This document shows, one piece after another, positions 50,513 through 60,296 of a stretch of 64,000 bases of DNA (position 1 is the stretch's first letter; the number at the start of each line of letters is the position of its first letter). Position numbers and translations under genes: made by a program. Below the pieces are notes generated by a model. That model saw nothing but the letters and a program-made list of their open reading frames with translations, was not told where the DNA came from and did not search any database. The DNA comes from an uncultured delta proteobacterium (GTDB taxonomy: Bacteria > Desulfobacterota > Desulfobacteria > Desulfobacterales > Desulfosalsimonadaceae). The DNA is taken from positions 608,001-672,000 of the forward strand of contig CAWGYD010000001.1 of NCBI GenBank assembly GCA_963826785.1. The letters are read 5' to 3'.

Positions 50513-50697
50513 TTAGAAGGATCATCCAGCCAGCCGTTGTTTTTGCCTGCAAAATGAATCGTGCATGCGGTCCTGAATTTGCAGTACAGGTCCGGGTCAC
50601 GGCATTTCAGGCATTGTTCGCACAGGTAAACCCGGTGTTTTTGACAAAAATACCGGGTCTCTCGATCCGGATGATGTATACAGGTTTCTTTATCCAT
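50509..50697 (-). CDS. 62-aa Cys/His-rich B-box-like zinc-finger protein
   Basis: CIHHP...CQKH...CEQC..C...C...CTIH; stop overlaps the dapF start (ATGATG). Confidence 0.75.
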   Translation of the reverse strand: MDKETCIHHPDRETRYFCQKHRVYLCEQCLKCRDPDLYCKFRTACTIHFAGKNNGWLDDPSK

Positions 50698-50957
50698 TTT
50701 TTCAAAGACGGATCGTGTGCCGGATACGACTAAAAAAGCCGCTCTTTCGGACAATTCGATCGATTAATTAAAATTATAAAACTAACATAAAAACGTAAAT
50801 ATCCGCAACCAATATAAACACCGCGCCCCGGGATGCAATGCCCCAAGAATCGTCCTTTTTTAGGCGATACCTTTTCATGGCCCGAAAAAGGCTGTGATCC
50901 ATGGTGATTTTCGCCTTCACCCTTGAAAAACCATAATTTATTCATTAATATGCTGAG

Positions 50958-51773
50958 ATGGGATATGTATTTGATTTTAAAGATGCAGTTTCGTACGACC
51001 GGCAATCGGCGGCCAAAAAGGATCATCCGGCTGTCCGGATGCAGCGGCAGTTGATGGTGGAGATGGTCAAGCCGATGTTCGGCGATCGACTGCTCGATAT
51101 CGGATGTGGAACCGGAAACAGCCTGATGCCGTTTATGGGGAAGGGAATTTCCCTTACCGGGGTGGATCCGTCCCCCTACATGCTCGATTTCGCGCGGGAG
51201 CATTTGGGCAAACGGGTGGATCTGCACCGGGCGTTTGCCGAGGACCTGCCCTTCGATGATAATGCCTTCGATTATGCCGTGCTGTCCCTGTCCCTGGAAT
51301 TTGCCAGAGATCCCGCAAAAGCCCTTGCGGAAGCCTGCCGGGTGGCTAAAGACGGTGTTTTTGTGGGAATATTGAACAAGTATGGCTTGAAGTCAGTTGC
51401 GTACCGGATCGGCGGCATTTTCCGCCCCACCGTTTATCGGCATGCCCGTTTCTTCGGCATAAGCGAGGTCAGGGGGCTGTTCTTCAGATTCCTGGGCGAT
51501 GTGCCGATTACCTGGAAGACCGTCTGCCATGTCCCGGGCGCACAGTACCCATTGATCAATCGTTTGGCGGCGTCTCAGGTATCCCGGAAATTTCCATTCG
51601 GGGATTTCGCGGGTATCCTGGCCCAGCCGGTTCCCCGCTTCAGGACCACCCCCTTGTTTCTCAAACATCCTTCGCCCCGTTCCCGCCCGTCTCGCAGCCA
51701 GGTCGCCAGTTGCGCCAAAGAAGTGCGAATCGCAGAAGGCGCCGTTTGCGTTGAGGAGGAAAATACCGAATAA
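50958..51773 (+). CDS. Class I SAM-dependent methyltransferase
   Basis: LLDIGCGTG, GVDPSPYML, AEDLPFDDNAFD. Confidence 0.92.
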   Translation: MGYVFDFKDAVSYDRQSAAKKDHPAVRMQRQLMVEMVKPMFGDRLLDIGCGTGNSLMPFMGKGISLTGVDPSPYMLDFAREHLGKRVDLHRAFAEDLPFDDNAFDYAVLSLSLEFARDPAKALAEACRVAKDGVFVGILNKYGLKSVAYRIGGIFRPTVYRHARFFGISEVRGLFFRFLGDVPITWKTVCHVPGAQYPLINRLAASQVSRKFPFGDFAGILAQPVPRFRTTPLFLKHPSPRSRPSRSQVASCAKEVRIAEGAVCVEEENTE

Positions 51774-51846
51774 TTGATTAAACCGGATAAGCGATGGTGA
51801 CATTTAGGTGCATGCACAACCACGCCAGCGTTCATAAGGGGGCCGC

Positions 51847-52866
51847 ATGGAAGCACTGCTCTATGATAAACAGAATGACCAGAAGGTCAGATGCCATTTG
51901 TGCAATCAGTACTGCCTGATCTCCGAGGGCCGGCGGGGATTGTGCAATGTCCGGGTGAATCAGAAGGGCACGCTGATGACGAACGTCTATGACAAGGTCA
52001 TCGCCTTAAACGTGGACCCCATCGAAAAAAAACCGCTGTTTCATTATTATCCCGGAACCCTGGCCTATTCCTTCGGTACGGTGGGCTGTAATTTCCGGTG
52101 CCGGTTCTGCCAGAACGCCGACATCGCCCAGATGGCTACGGACCATGACGGAATGGTGGACGGAAGGACCATTGCGCCGGAAGCCATCGTTGCCGGGGCC
52201 GTGAAAAACGATTGCAAAACCATCGCCTATACGTATACTGAGCCGACCATATTTTTCGAACTGGCGCTGGACTGTGCAAAACTTGCCCAAAAACAGGGCA
52301 TCAAGAACGTGTTTGTGACCAACGGCTATATGACCCGGGATGCCCTGGACATGATCAGTCCGTACCTGGGCGCCGCCAATGTGGATTTAAAGGCCTTTTC
52401 AGACGAATTCTACAAGAAGACCTGCGGCGCTAAACTGGCGCCGGTGCTCGACAACCTGAAACGGATGAAACAGCTCGGCATATTTGTCGAGGTCACCACC
52501 CTGCTGATCCCGGGATTAAACGACGATCCGAAAGAATTGACCGAACTGGCGAATTTCATTGCAAAAGACCTGGGGGATGAAACCCCATGGCATATCAGCC
52601 GGTTTCACCCCACCTACAAACTGGTGGACCGGCCCGCCACCCCGCTGCCGACCATGCTCAAAGCCCGTGAAATCGGCATCAGCGCAGGGCTGAAATATGT
52701 GTATACGGGCAATGTGCCGGGCGAAAACAGCGAGAACACCTTCTGCTACGCTTGCGGGGAGCAGGTGATCGGCAGGAGGGGATTTTTTGTCTCCCAGAAC
52801 CTGGTTAAAGAAAACAAATGCCCCAAGTGCGGGGCGATGATTCACGGGGTGGGGCTGTCTGCATAA
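51847..52866 (+). CDS. amrS: AmmeMemoRadiSam system radical SAM enzyme
   Basis: CHLC..C...GLCNVR, DPIEKKPLFH, GCNFRCRFCQN, YTYTEP, SRFHP, YTGNV, terminal CxxC pairs. Confidence 0.93.
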   Translation: MEALLYDKQNDQKVRCHLCNQYCLISEGRRGLCNVRVNQKGTLMTNVYDKVIALNVDPIEKKPLFHYYPGTLAYSFGTVGCNFRCRFCQNADIAQMATDHDGMVDGRTIAPEAIVAGAVKNDCKTIAYTYTEPTIFFELALDCAKLAQKQGIKNVFVTNGYMTRDALDMISPYLGAANVDLKAFSDEFYKKTCGAKLAPVLDNLKRMKQLGIFVEVTTLLIPGLNDDPKELTELANFIAKDLGDETPWHISRFHPTYKLVDRPATPLPTMLKAREIGISAGLKYVYTGNVPGENSENTFCYACGEQVIGRRGFFVSQNLVKENKCPKCGAMIHGVGLSA

Positions 52867-52963
52867 CGATTTATCCGGCCGGTTCAATGAGCCTGCCAGG
52901 GCCGGATAACGCATGTGCCGGTATCGTCTGCCCGGGAAACGAGAAAGGGCGGGCGCAAGAAAA

Positions 52964-54040
52964 ATGAATGGTATTGCGATGGGCAATCCGGTCGGCAAAC
53001 CAGCTGCCGGCTGGGAAGGGCTTCTGTCCGAAAGCATCACCACGGCAAAAGCGCTGGCCGATGCATTGCCGGTGAATGCGCAAACCATCGGCCGGGTCAT
53101 CTCCCATTATCCCATGCGCATCAATCCCTATTTTTTATCCCGGCTCAATCAATCCCCGGCATTGTACCGGCAGGCGGTCCCAGACATTGCCGAAATCATG
53201 CAAGACGATGTTTCGGATGCCGATCCCCTATGGGAAAACCGTCAGTCGCCGGTGCCCGGGCTGGTGCACCGGTACCCCGACCGGGTAATTTTTCTGGTAT
53301 CCGGCCAGTGTGCCATGTACTGCCGCCACTGCATGCGAAAACGAACCATCGGCGCAGTCGGACCCGGAACCGCATCTATTGACCGGGGAATCGCTTACAT
53401 CGAGAAAGCGCCGGCCATTGGGGAGGTGATCCTGTCCGGGGGCGATCCTCTCTTGCTTTCAGACGCCCGGTTACATTTTCTTCTCCTGCGGCTGCGAAAC
53501 ATCCCCCATGTCCGCATCCTGCGCATCCACACCCGGGTGCCGTGCACGTTTCCCCAGCGGGTTACCGGGGAGCTGGCCCGCATGCTTTCCCGGTTTCATC
53601 CCCTGTTTATCAACATTCAGTTCAACCATTCCGATGAAATCACCACGGAATCGGCATCTGCCTGCAAAATCCTGGCCGATGCCGGCATTCCCCTGGGCAG
53701 CCAGACGGTTTTGCTCAAAGGCGTAAACGATACGCCTGAGATCATGGAGCAGCTGATGCGCGACCTTTTGGAAATTCGGGTGAGGCCATATTATCTGCAC
53801 CAGGGTGACCCGGTGAAAGGCACCCGCCATTTCCGCACCCCCATCGAAAAAGGCTTGGAGATCATGCGGGCGCTTCGCGGGCGACTGTCGGGAATCGGCG
53901 TGCCTGCCTACATGATCGATCTGCCCGAAGGCGGCGGTAAAATTCCGCTCCTGCCGGAATATGTGATCCGAAAAGAAGGGCGGGCGCTCACGGTGATCAA
54001 CTATGCGGGAAAGCGCTATCGGTATCCGGATGAAGAGTAG
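52964..54040 (+). CDS. KamA-family (lysine 2,3-aminomutase-like) radical SAM/PLP enzyme
   Basis: HRYPDRV, CAMYCRHCMRKR, SGGDPL, QTVLLKGVND, PYYLHQ, DLPEGGGK; start uncertain (52913-52979). Confidence 0.92.
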   Translation: MNGIAMGNPVGKPAAGWEGLLSESITTAKALADALPVNAQTIGRVISHYPMRINPYFLSRLNQSPALYRQAVPDIAEIMQDDVSDADPLWENRQSPVPGLVHRYPDRVIFLVSGQCAMYCRHCMRKRTIGAVGPGTASIDRGIAYIEKAPAIGEVILSGGDPLLLSDARLHFLLLRLRNIPHVRILRIHTRVPCTFPQRVTGELARMLSRFHPLFINIQFNHSDEITTESASACKILADAGIPLGSQTVLLKGVNDTPEIMEQLMRDLLEIRVRPYYLHQGDPVKGTRHFRTPIEKGLEIMRALRGRLSGIGVPAYMIDLPEGGGKIPLLPEYVIRKEGRALTVINYAGKRYRYPDEE

Positions 54041-54106
54041 AGTAGATCAGTGTTTCGAAGAAGGCATACTGCGGGGCGAAGTTTTAAAAAGTGGGCGATA
54101 GGGAGG

Positions 54107-54595
54107 CTATCGTGCAGGGGCGCAGTTGCTGCATCCGGCGGCTGCAGTTTCTCCGGGCTGGCCTTTTTTCTTGATGCGGAGAATGACCGGCCGGTATTTG
54201 CCGTTTTTGCGGGCGTGGCGGTCCAGCAGTTTAATCAGGCCAAACGAGAACACAAAGAACATGAACCCGGATATGGCTGCCGCAGCAGAGGGATCCATGC
54301 TGTAGGCCGGTGCCATGTGGTCGCCCGCCAATGCGCCGACGATCATGGAGATGACGGGAAACATGTACAGCAGGAAGGAAAGGGAGAGCAGTTGTCCGGT
54401 TTTAAAGGATAAAACCACACTGTCGCCCACCTGGGCGTGAATCGGATTTTCGGCTTCAAACTCCATTTCCCGGCCGCCGCCCATGCTGTGGCAGGTCTCC
54501 TTCTCGGAGCATCCATCACATGCGGTCGCCCGCTGGGTTTTCACCGTGGCCAGATCATGGTTCAATCCGGTAATCATTCCAATTTCGGTTGCCAA
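54107..54595 (-). CDS. rseC: RseC/MucC-family membrane protein
   Basis: ACDGC....C motif, AQVGDSV, LYMFP, two TMs. Confidence 0.85.
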   Translation of the reverse strand: MATEIGMITGLNHDLATVKTQRATACDGCSEKETCHSMGGGREMEFEAENPIHAQVGDSVVLSFKTGQLLSLSFLLYMFPVISMIVGALAGDHMAPAYSMDPSAAAAISGFMFFVFSFGLIKLLDRHARKNGKYRPVILRIKKKGQPGETAAAGCSNCAPAR

Positions 54596-54645
54596 TTTAC
54601 TTTTCCTCTATTCGCATCTGAGCGTATCTTTTTGATCTGTCTCTG

Positions 54646-54673
54646 AAGTTAACATGGCCGAACCGGATGTCAA
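54646..54673 (-). promoter_or_regulatory. sigma70-type promoter candidate for rseC
   Basis: Minus-strand TTGACA (54673-54668), 16 nt, TGn-TAACTT. Confidence 0.45.
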
Positions 54674-54705
54674 TGGCGATTTGAATCCATGCGATCGCTG
54701 AATTC

Positions 54706-54737
54706 AAAAAGAAGCGGGCGGCCCTGAAGCCGCCCGC
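54706..54737 (-). terminator. Rho-independent terminator after the second rnfB-like gene
   Basis: gcgggcggc / gccgcccgc stem followed by TTCTTTTT on the minus strand. Confidence 0.8.
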
Positions 54738-54761
54738 CGGTGTCTGTGATGCCTTTGTTTT

Positions 54762-56837
54762 TCAGGAGGCCATTTTTTCGGATATCGAATGTTCAGAATA
54801 GCAGACCAGTCCGCATTGCAGGCAGCGGTCGGCTTCTTTTTTGGCCTTTTCCCGATCAAATCCCAGCTCGATTTCCGGACACTGGGCGGAAATATCACTG
54901 ACATTGCACAAGGGCATGATCTGCCGGGCAGAAGCACTGATCTGCTCTATATGGCTGACATTCTGAACCACCGTTTCGGAGGTGACCACCTTTTCGGAAA
55001 GTTCCGGCTCGATGCCGTACATGATCTGATGGGCGGATGCCGCTGCCCGCCTGCCGGCGGCGATGGCCCGGATGGCTGCGCTGAAATCGGTGACCGCGTC
55101 TGCTTCGGACAGAAATCCTTCCTTTAAACCAATGGCCGGATTTTTATAGGGGGAAACAGCCCGCCATTGCACCGGGCCGGCAGCGGATTCGGCTTGGGTT
55201 TGCCCTTCCGCCTCGGTTTCGGCCTTGATCGGGGTGAAAATCAGTTCGGGGAGCCGTCCGGAGTCGAGAATCAGGGTGCCGGCGCTGATTTCCTCGGATT
55301 CCTGAGTGGCCAGATTCCGGGTTTCGATACGGGTCAGGGCATCGTCTGTGCCGGAAATCCCGGTGATGATGGTGTCAAACCGCAGACGGACACCGTCTGC
55401 CTGGAGTTTGTTAATGGTTTGCGCATCGATTGTGCTTTGTGCCATGGAGCGGCGGGAAACGACCGTTATGCCGTCGGCGCCCAGTTTTCGGCAGATGTTG
55501 ACCGCATCAACGGTCATGGGGCCGCTTTCGGCCAATACCACGTCTTTGGCCATATGGAGGTGGTGACGGTTCTCCATGCCGGACCGGATCAGGTCAATGA
55601 GCAGCAGGGTTCCGGGGATTGCTTCTTCAATGGGGGCATCCTTGAGTCGTTCGACCCGGCTGTCCCAACCGCCGGAAGCCAGCAGGATGGCCTCTGCGCC
55701 GCCGGCCAGCAATGACGAGACGGTAAAATCGACTCCCATGGTCTGGTTAAACCGGGCCTCTACGCCCATCTCCAGGATACCGTCGATGTCCCAGTCCAGG
55801 ATATCTCCCGGAAGCCGGTTTCGGGCGATGGCGGTGCGCAGCAGACCGCCCAGCCGGGAAGTGGCTTCATACACGGTGGGGGAATGACCCAGCCGTGCGG
55901 CGAAAAATGCCGCGGAAAGGCCCTCCACCCCGCCGCCGACAACGGCGATTTTTCGGCCGGTGTCCGGGGCCTTGTAGGGCTGTATCCGGTCGTTCTGCTG
56001 TCTTTCATAGTCGGCGGCAAACCGTTTCAGGTAGTTGATCGCCACGGGTTCGTCCACCAGGTTGCGGCGGCATTCGTTCTCGCAGGGTCGGGGGCAGATG
56101 CGGCCGATCACAGTGGGGAAGGGGTTGCGCTCCTTGATGACCTGGACCGACTTGTGGTAATCCCCCAGAGAAATCTGGCGGATGTATTCAGATATATTGA
56201 TTCCCGCCGGGCAGGCGCGCTGGCAGGGGGTGGTGCAGTCTTCGGTGGTGTACTCCTTCAGGATGCGCCGGGTGACAGAGGAAAGGGTGATGATGTTCTT
56301 GGGGCAGACCCGTTCACAGGTCCCGCAGCCGGTACATTTGACTTCATCAACTTGCGGAAGGCCGTCTTCTCCCATGACAATGGCGTCAAAGGGACAGGCC
56401 CTGGCGCATGATCCCAGGCCCAGGCATCCGATATGGCAGTGCTTCATTCCGCCATAGAGCATGGCGGCCGCCTGGCAGCTGCCCAGCCCGGCGTAGGTAT
56501 ATTTAAGAGCGGCGTCTTTGACCCCGTAGGTGCACCCCGGGCGGGCAATATCCGGCTCCCGGGCCTCGATGGACACACCCATGACCGATGCAATGGCCAC
56601 CGCGAGATCCGCGCTGCCCGCCACACAGGATGAAGGGGAAGATTTCCCCGTGGCGATGGCTTCCGCATTGGCGCCGCAGCCCGGGTATCCGCACCCGCCG
56701 CAGTTGGCGCCTGGAAGAAGGCCATCGATTGCCTCGACCAGTGGATCCACATAGACATAAAACACTTTGGACGCAAGGGCCAGGCTGATGCCGATGATCA
56801 GACCCAGCGCCCCCATCATGAAAACGGATTCCAGCAT
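54762..56837 (-). CDS. Second RnfB-GltD-like fusion with a degenerate oxidoreductase module
   Basis: TM, ANCGGCGYPGC, CLGLGSCARACP, CTGCGTCERVCP, CQRACP, GRICPRPCE, terminal RCLQC; co-linear with 29879-31942. Confidence 0.9.
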   Translation of the reverse strand: MLESVFMMGALGLIIGISLALASKVFYVYVDPLVEAIDGLLPGANCGGCGYPGCGANAEAIATGKSSPSSCVAGSADLAVAIASVMGVSIEAREPDIARPGCTYGVKDAALKYTYAGLGSCQAAAMLYGGMKHCHIGCLGLGSCARACPFDAIVMGEDGLPQVDEVKCTGCGTCERVCPKNIITLSSVTRRILKEYTTEDCTTPCQRACPAGINISEYIRQISLGDYHKSVQVIKERNPFPTVIGRICPRPCENECRRNLVDEPVAINYLKRFAADYERQQNDRIQPYKAPDTGRKIAVVGGGVEGLSAAFFAARLGHSPTVYEATSRLGGLLRTAIARNRLPGDILDWDIDGILEMGVEARFNQTMGVDFTVSSLLAGGAEAILLASGGWDSRVERLKDAPIEEAIPGTLLLIDLIRSGMENRHHLHMAKDVVLAESGPMTVDAVNICRKLGADGITVVSRRSMAQSTIDAQTINKLQADGVRLRFDTIITGISGTDDALTRIETRNLATQESEEISAGTLILDSGRLPELIFTPIKAETEAEGQTQAESAAGPVQWRAVSPYKNPAIGLKEGFLSEADAVTDFSAAIRAIAAGRRAAASAHQIMYGIEPELSEKVVTSETVVQNVSHIEQISASARQIMPLCNVSDISAQCPEIELGFDREKAKKEADRCLQCGLVCYSEHSISEKMAS

Positions 56838-57065
56838 AATGCAACTCCTGATCCTGACTCGGATTTTTCAATATCAATGGTGAGTCTGGTTTTAATGACA
56901 TAAAACCTGAATCGAGAAAAAATGTAAATCGTTTATATAGCACCGGAGCCGGAGGGATGTCCATGCCTTTTTTGCCGGAGATCGCAAATCCTTTTTCTGG
57001 ATTGCGTCTTGACGGCCGCTTGGAAAACAGACTATATGAAAATATTTTTCAAAGGACATTAATAG

Positions 57066-57902
57066 ATGATGAAACGCCTTGCCCGGCAGGTCCATGAATC
57101 TGCGCAATTCTTAAAAACCGTCATCGGCGCCCCTCCCGTATTGGGCATCCTGACCGGAACCGGCCTGGGCGAATGTCTGGATCGGGTGGAGGTGCACACC
57201 GAGCTGCACTACCAGAAAATACCCCATTTCCCCGTATCAACAGTTGAGAGCCATCAGGGTCGGCTCCTGGCGGGAACGCTGGGAGGAAGCAGCGTGGTCG
57301 CCATGCAGGGGCGCTTTCACCTTTACGAGGGGTATTCCCCTTATGAGGTGAGCTTCCCCATCCGGGTCATGCAGGAACTGGGGGTCAGGAAGCTGATCCT
57401 GACCAACGCCGCCGGCGGGCTGAACCTGGCGTTTGTACCGGGTGACATCATGGTCATTCGCGACCACATCAATCTGACAGGTGAAAATCCGCTGGTGGGG
57501 AGCAACGAGGAGCGCTGGGGTATTCGGTTCCCGGATATGACGCGTGTTTATGATCCGCAGATGATCAGTTCAGCTGAACAAGGGGCGTCGGCCAACGGCA
57601 TCAACATACGGTCCGGCGTATATGCCGGGTTGAAGGGGCCGTCTTTGGAGACACCCGCAGAAACCCGATTTTTGCGGCTGATCGGCGCCGATGCCGTGGG
57701 GTTTTCCACCATCATGGAAGCGATTGCGGCCGTCCATGCAGACATGGATGTCCTGGGCCTTTCCGTGATCACCAATATCAATGATCCGGACCGTCCCCGG
57801 TGTCATACGGTGGAGGAGATCATCGATGTGGCCTGCCATGCCGCCCCCCAATTGTCGGCCATCATCGAATCAGCGGCAAAGGACCAGAGCGCGCATGCAT
57901 GA
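57066..57902 (+). CDS. Purine-nucleoside phosphorylase (trimeric family)
   Basis: GTGLG, GRFHLYEG, TNAAGG, DHIN, GPSLETPAE, SVITN. Confidence 0.93.
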   Translation: MMKRLARQVHESAQFLKTVIGAPPVLGILTGTGLGECLDRVEVHTELHYQKIPHFPVSTVESHQGRLLAGTLGGSSVVAMQGRFHLYEGYSPYEVSFPIRVMQELGVRKLILTNAAGGLNLAFVPGDIMVIRDHINLTGENPLVGSNEERWGIRFPDMTRVYDPQMISSAEQGASANGINIRSGVYAGLKGPSLETPAETRFLRLIGADAVGFSTIMEAIAAVHADMDVLGLSVITNINDPDRPRCHTVEEIIDVACHAAPQLSAIIESAAKDQSAHA

Positions 57903-59239
57903 AGCCGATATTCTGATCAGAAACGGGACCGTGGTCACCCTGAATTCCGATGATACCGTCATCGAAGACGGGGTGGTGGCCGTTGCGGGAGATGCCATCA
58001 TCGGTGTGGGACCCGCTGCCCGGTTTCTTGACACCCGGGCCCGGGAAGTCATCGATGCCAAAGGCGGCATCATCATGCCCGGCCTGATCAATACCCACAC
58101 CCACGCGGCCATGTCCTGTTTCCGCGGTCTGGCCGATGACCTGGAATTAATGAGCTGGCTGAAAGACTATATCTTTCCCGCCGAAGCCCGGCTGGATCAT
58201 GAAACCGTAAACATGGGGGCACTGCTGGCCTGCGCCGAGATGATCCTTTCCGGGACCACCTGCTTCTGTGACATGTATCTCTTTGAGGATGCGGTGGCGC
58301 AAGCCGCCCAGACCGCCGGAATGCGGGCGGTGGTGGGAGAAGTCCTCTATGATTTCCCCTCCCCCAATTACGGTCCCATTGAAATGGGTTTTGCATATAC
58401 CCGGGATCTGATTGAAAAATGGCGCGAACCATCCGCTGGTCACCATTGCCGTGGAACCCCATTCCCCCTATTTATGCGCCCCGGACCTGCTCCGGCAGGC
58501 CGCCATGCTGTCGCAGGAATTCAATATTCCCATGATCATGCATGTGTCCGAAACCCAAAGCGAGGTGGAGCGCATCGCAAGCGACTATCTTTTAACCCCG
58601 GTGCAGCACCTGGCCGATATCGGGGTGCTCTCGCCAAGGCTGGTGGCCTGTCATTGCGTGGTATTGTCGGAGAATGACATTGTGCTTCTGAGCGACCATG
58701 GGGTGAAGGTGTCGCACAATCCGGAAAGCAACATGAAGCTGGCCTCGGGGATCGCACCGGTGCCGGAAATGATGGAAGCCGGGGTCTGCGTGGGACTCGG
58801 CACGGACGGGTGCACCTCCAATAACAACCTGGACCTGTTTTCGGAAATGGATATGGCGGCAAAAATTCACAAGGTCCACCATCTGGACCCTACTGTGATG
58901 GATGCCCGGACCGTGCTGCGCATGGCCACCATCGAATCGGCCAGGGCGCTGGGCCTGGACCGGGTAACCGGGTCCCTTGAAGCGGGAAAGAAGGCTGATC
59001 TGATTATTGTGGATACCTTCAAACCGCACCTGACGCCCATGTACAATCTATACTCCCACCTGGTGTACGCCGCTGGCGGCGCAGATGTCTCCACCTCGAT
59101 TATCAACGGCCGTCTGGTCATGAAAGATAGGCAGCTGACCACCCTGGACGTAAACAAGGTCATGGCGGATGTGCGCCAGGTCGCAGAAACCATCCGCGGC
59201 GGATTTTCAAAGAATGCCGCCCGGGTTCAAGGGGCCTGA
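57895..59239 (+). CDS. mtaD: MtaD-like MTA/SAH deaminase (amidohydrolase), +1 frameshift near 58425
   Basis: PGLINTHTH, FRGLADD, SGTT; then PHSPY, HVSET, HNPESNMKLASG, GTDG in the next frame. Confidence 0.82.
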
Positions 59240-59527
59240 ACGAACCCGGCCCGGCCGGAAAAAATGTTTCCAGCCCGGGCCTGGCCATAAGGTTTCAACC
59301 ATTTTCTTTGAGTGGCCATTTGTCTGCGCCGTTTTCCCCGAAAATAAGCGGTCAACCTGAAAATCGGCAGCGGCGCTACAATTTTGCTGATCGGAGTCGA
59401 CCGCGGGTTTAAAAGTATTATTATTTGAACAGTTAATTGTGTTTTTAGAATTCCGCTATTGAAAAAGCATTTTTTATGTTATCGATTAAGTTTACCCTAA
59501 ACTGTCGGGCAAACGCGGAGAAAAGAC

Positions 59528-60292
59528 ATGAAAAGGTCTTATATAACTGGAATTCTCCTGACAATTGCATTGATATGCATGCCGGTGTCGAACAGTTTCG
59601 CACAAACGGATGCGGATAACACGGCGGCGGATGAAGATGTTTTCTCCGGATTTGATGAGTTTCAGCCGACTGCGGCGGAAGATACGGGCGTATACGATCC
59701 CCTGATCGGCTACAACCGGTTCATGACGCAGGTGAACGACAAGCTTTATTTCTGGCTGTTGAAGCCATCCGCTCAGGTATATTCGGCATTCGTCAAAAAG
59801 CCGGCCCGGGAGGCGATCAGCCGGGCATATCGAAACATTTTGTTTCCCATCCGTTTTGTCAATAACCTGCTGCAGTTGAAATTCAGGCGTGCGGGGATCG
59901 AAACCGCCCGGTTCGGCATCAATTCGACCGTCGGGGTCGCCGGTCTTTTTGATCCGGCAAAAGCCTGGTGGGATTTATCCGCCTATCCCGAGGATTTCGG
60001 TCAGACTTTGGGGTACTACGGAGTGGGAAGCGGTATTCCCATCGTGATTCCGGTCATGGGGCCTTCCAATCTGCGCGACCTTGCCGGAATGGCCCCGGAT
60101 TATTACCTCGATCCGGCATTTTACTTCATCGACGATACGGGGACATCCGTCATCATTACGGCCCATGACCAGATCAATTCGCTGTCGCTGAATATCGGTG
60201 CTTATGAACAGATGAAAAAAGATGCACTTGATTTGTACATCTTTTTAAGAAATGCTTATGAACAGAACCGGAACAAAAAAATCAGGGAATAG
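59528..60292 (+). CDS. mlaA: VacJ/MlaA-family protein
   Basis: DPLIGYNR, NNLLQ, RFGINSTVGVAGLFDPA, EDFGQTLG, GPSNLRD. Confidence 0.93.
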   Translation: MKRSYITGILLTIALICMPVSNSFAQTDADNTAADEDVFSGFDEFQPTAAEDTGVYDPLIGYNRFMTQVNDKLYFWLLKPSAQVYSAFVKKPAREAISRAYRNILFPIRFVNNLLQLKFRRAGIETARFGINSTVGVAGLFDPAKAWWDLSAYPEDFGQTLGYYGVGSGIPIVIPVMGPSNLRDLAGMAPDYYLDPAFYFIDDTGTSVIITAHDQINSLSLNIGAYEQMKKDALDLYIFLRNAYEQNRNKKIRE

Positions 60293-60296
60293 GGCG

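Noticed and set aside
52872..52909. REP-like palindrome ttatccggcc...ggccggataa
   Set aside because: Single copy in the window; better explained as an ordinary intergenic hairpin
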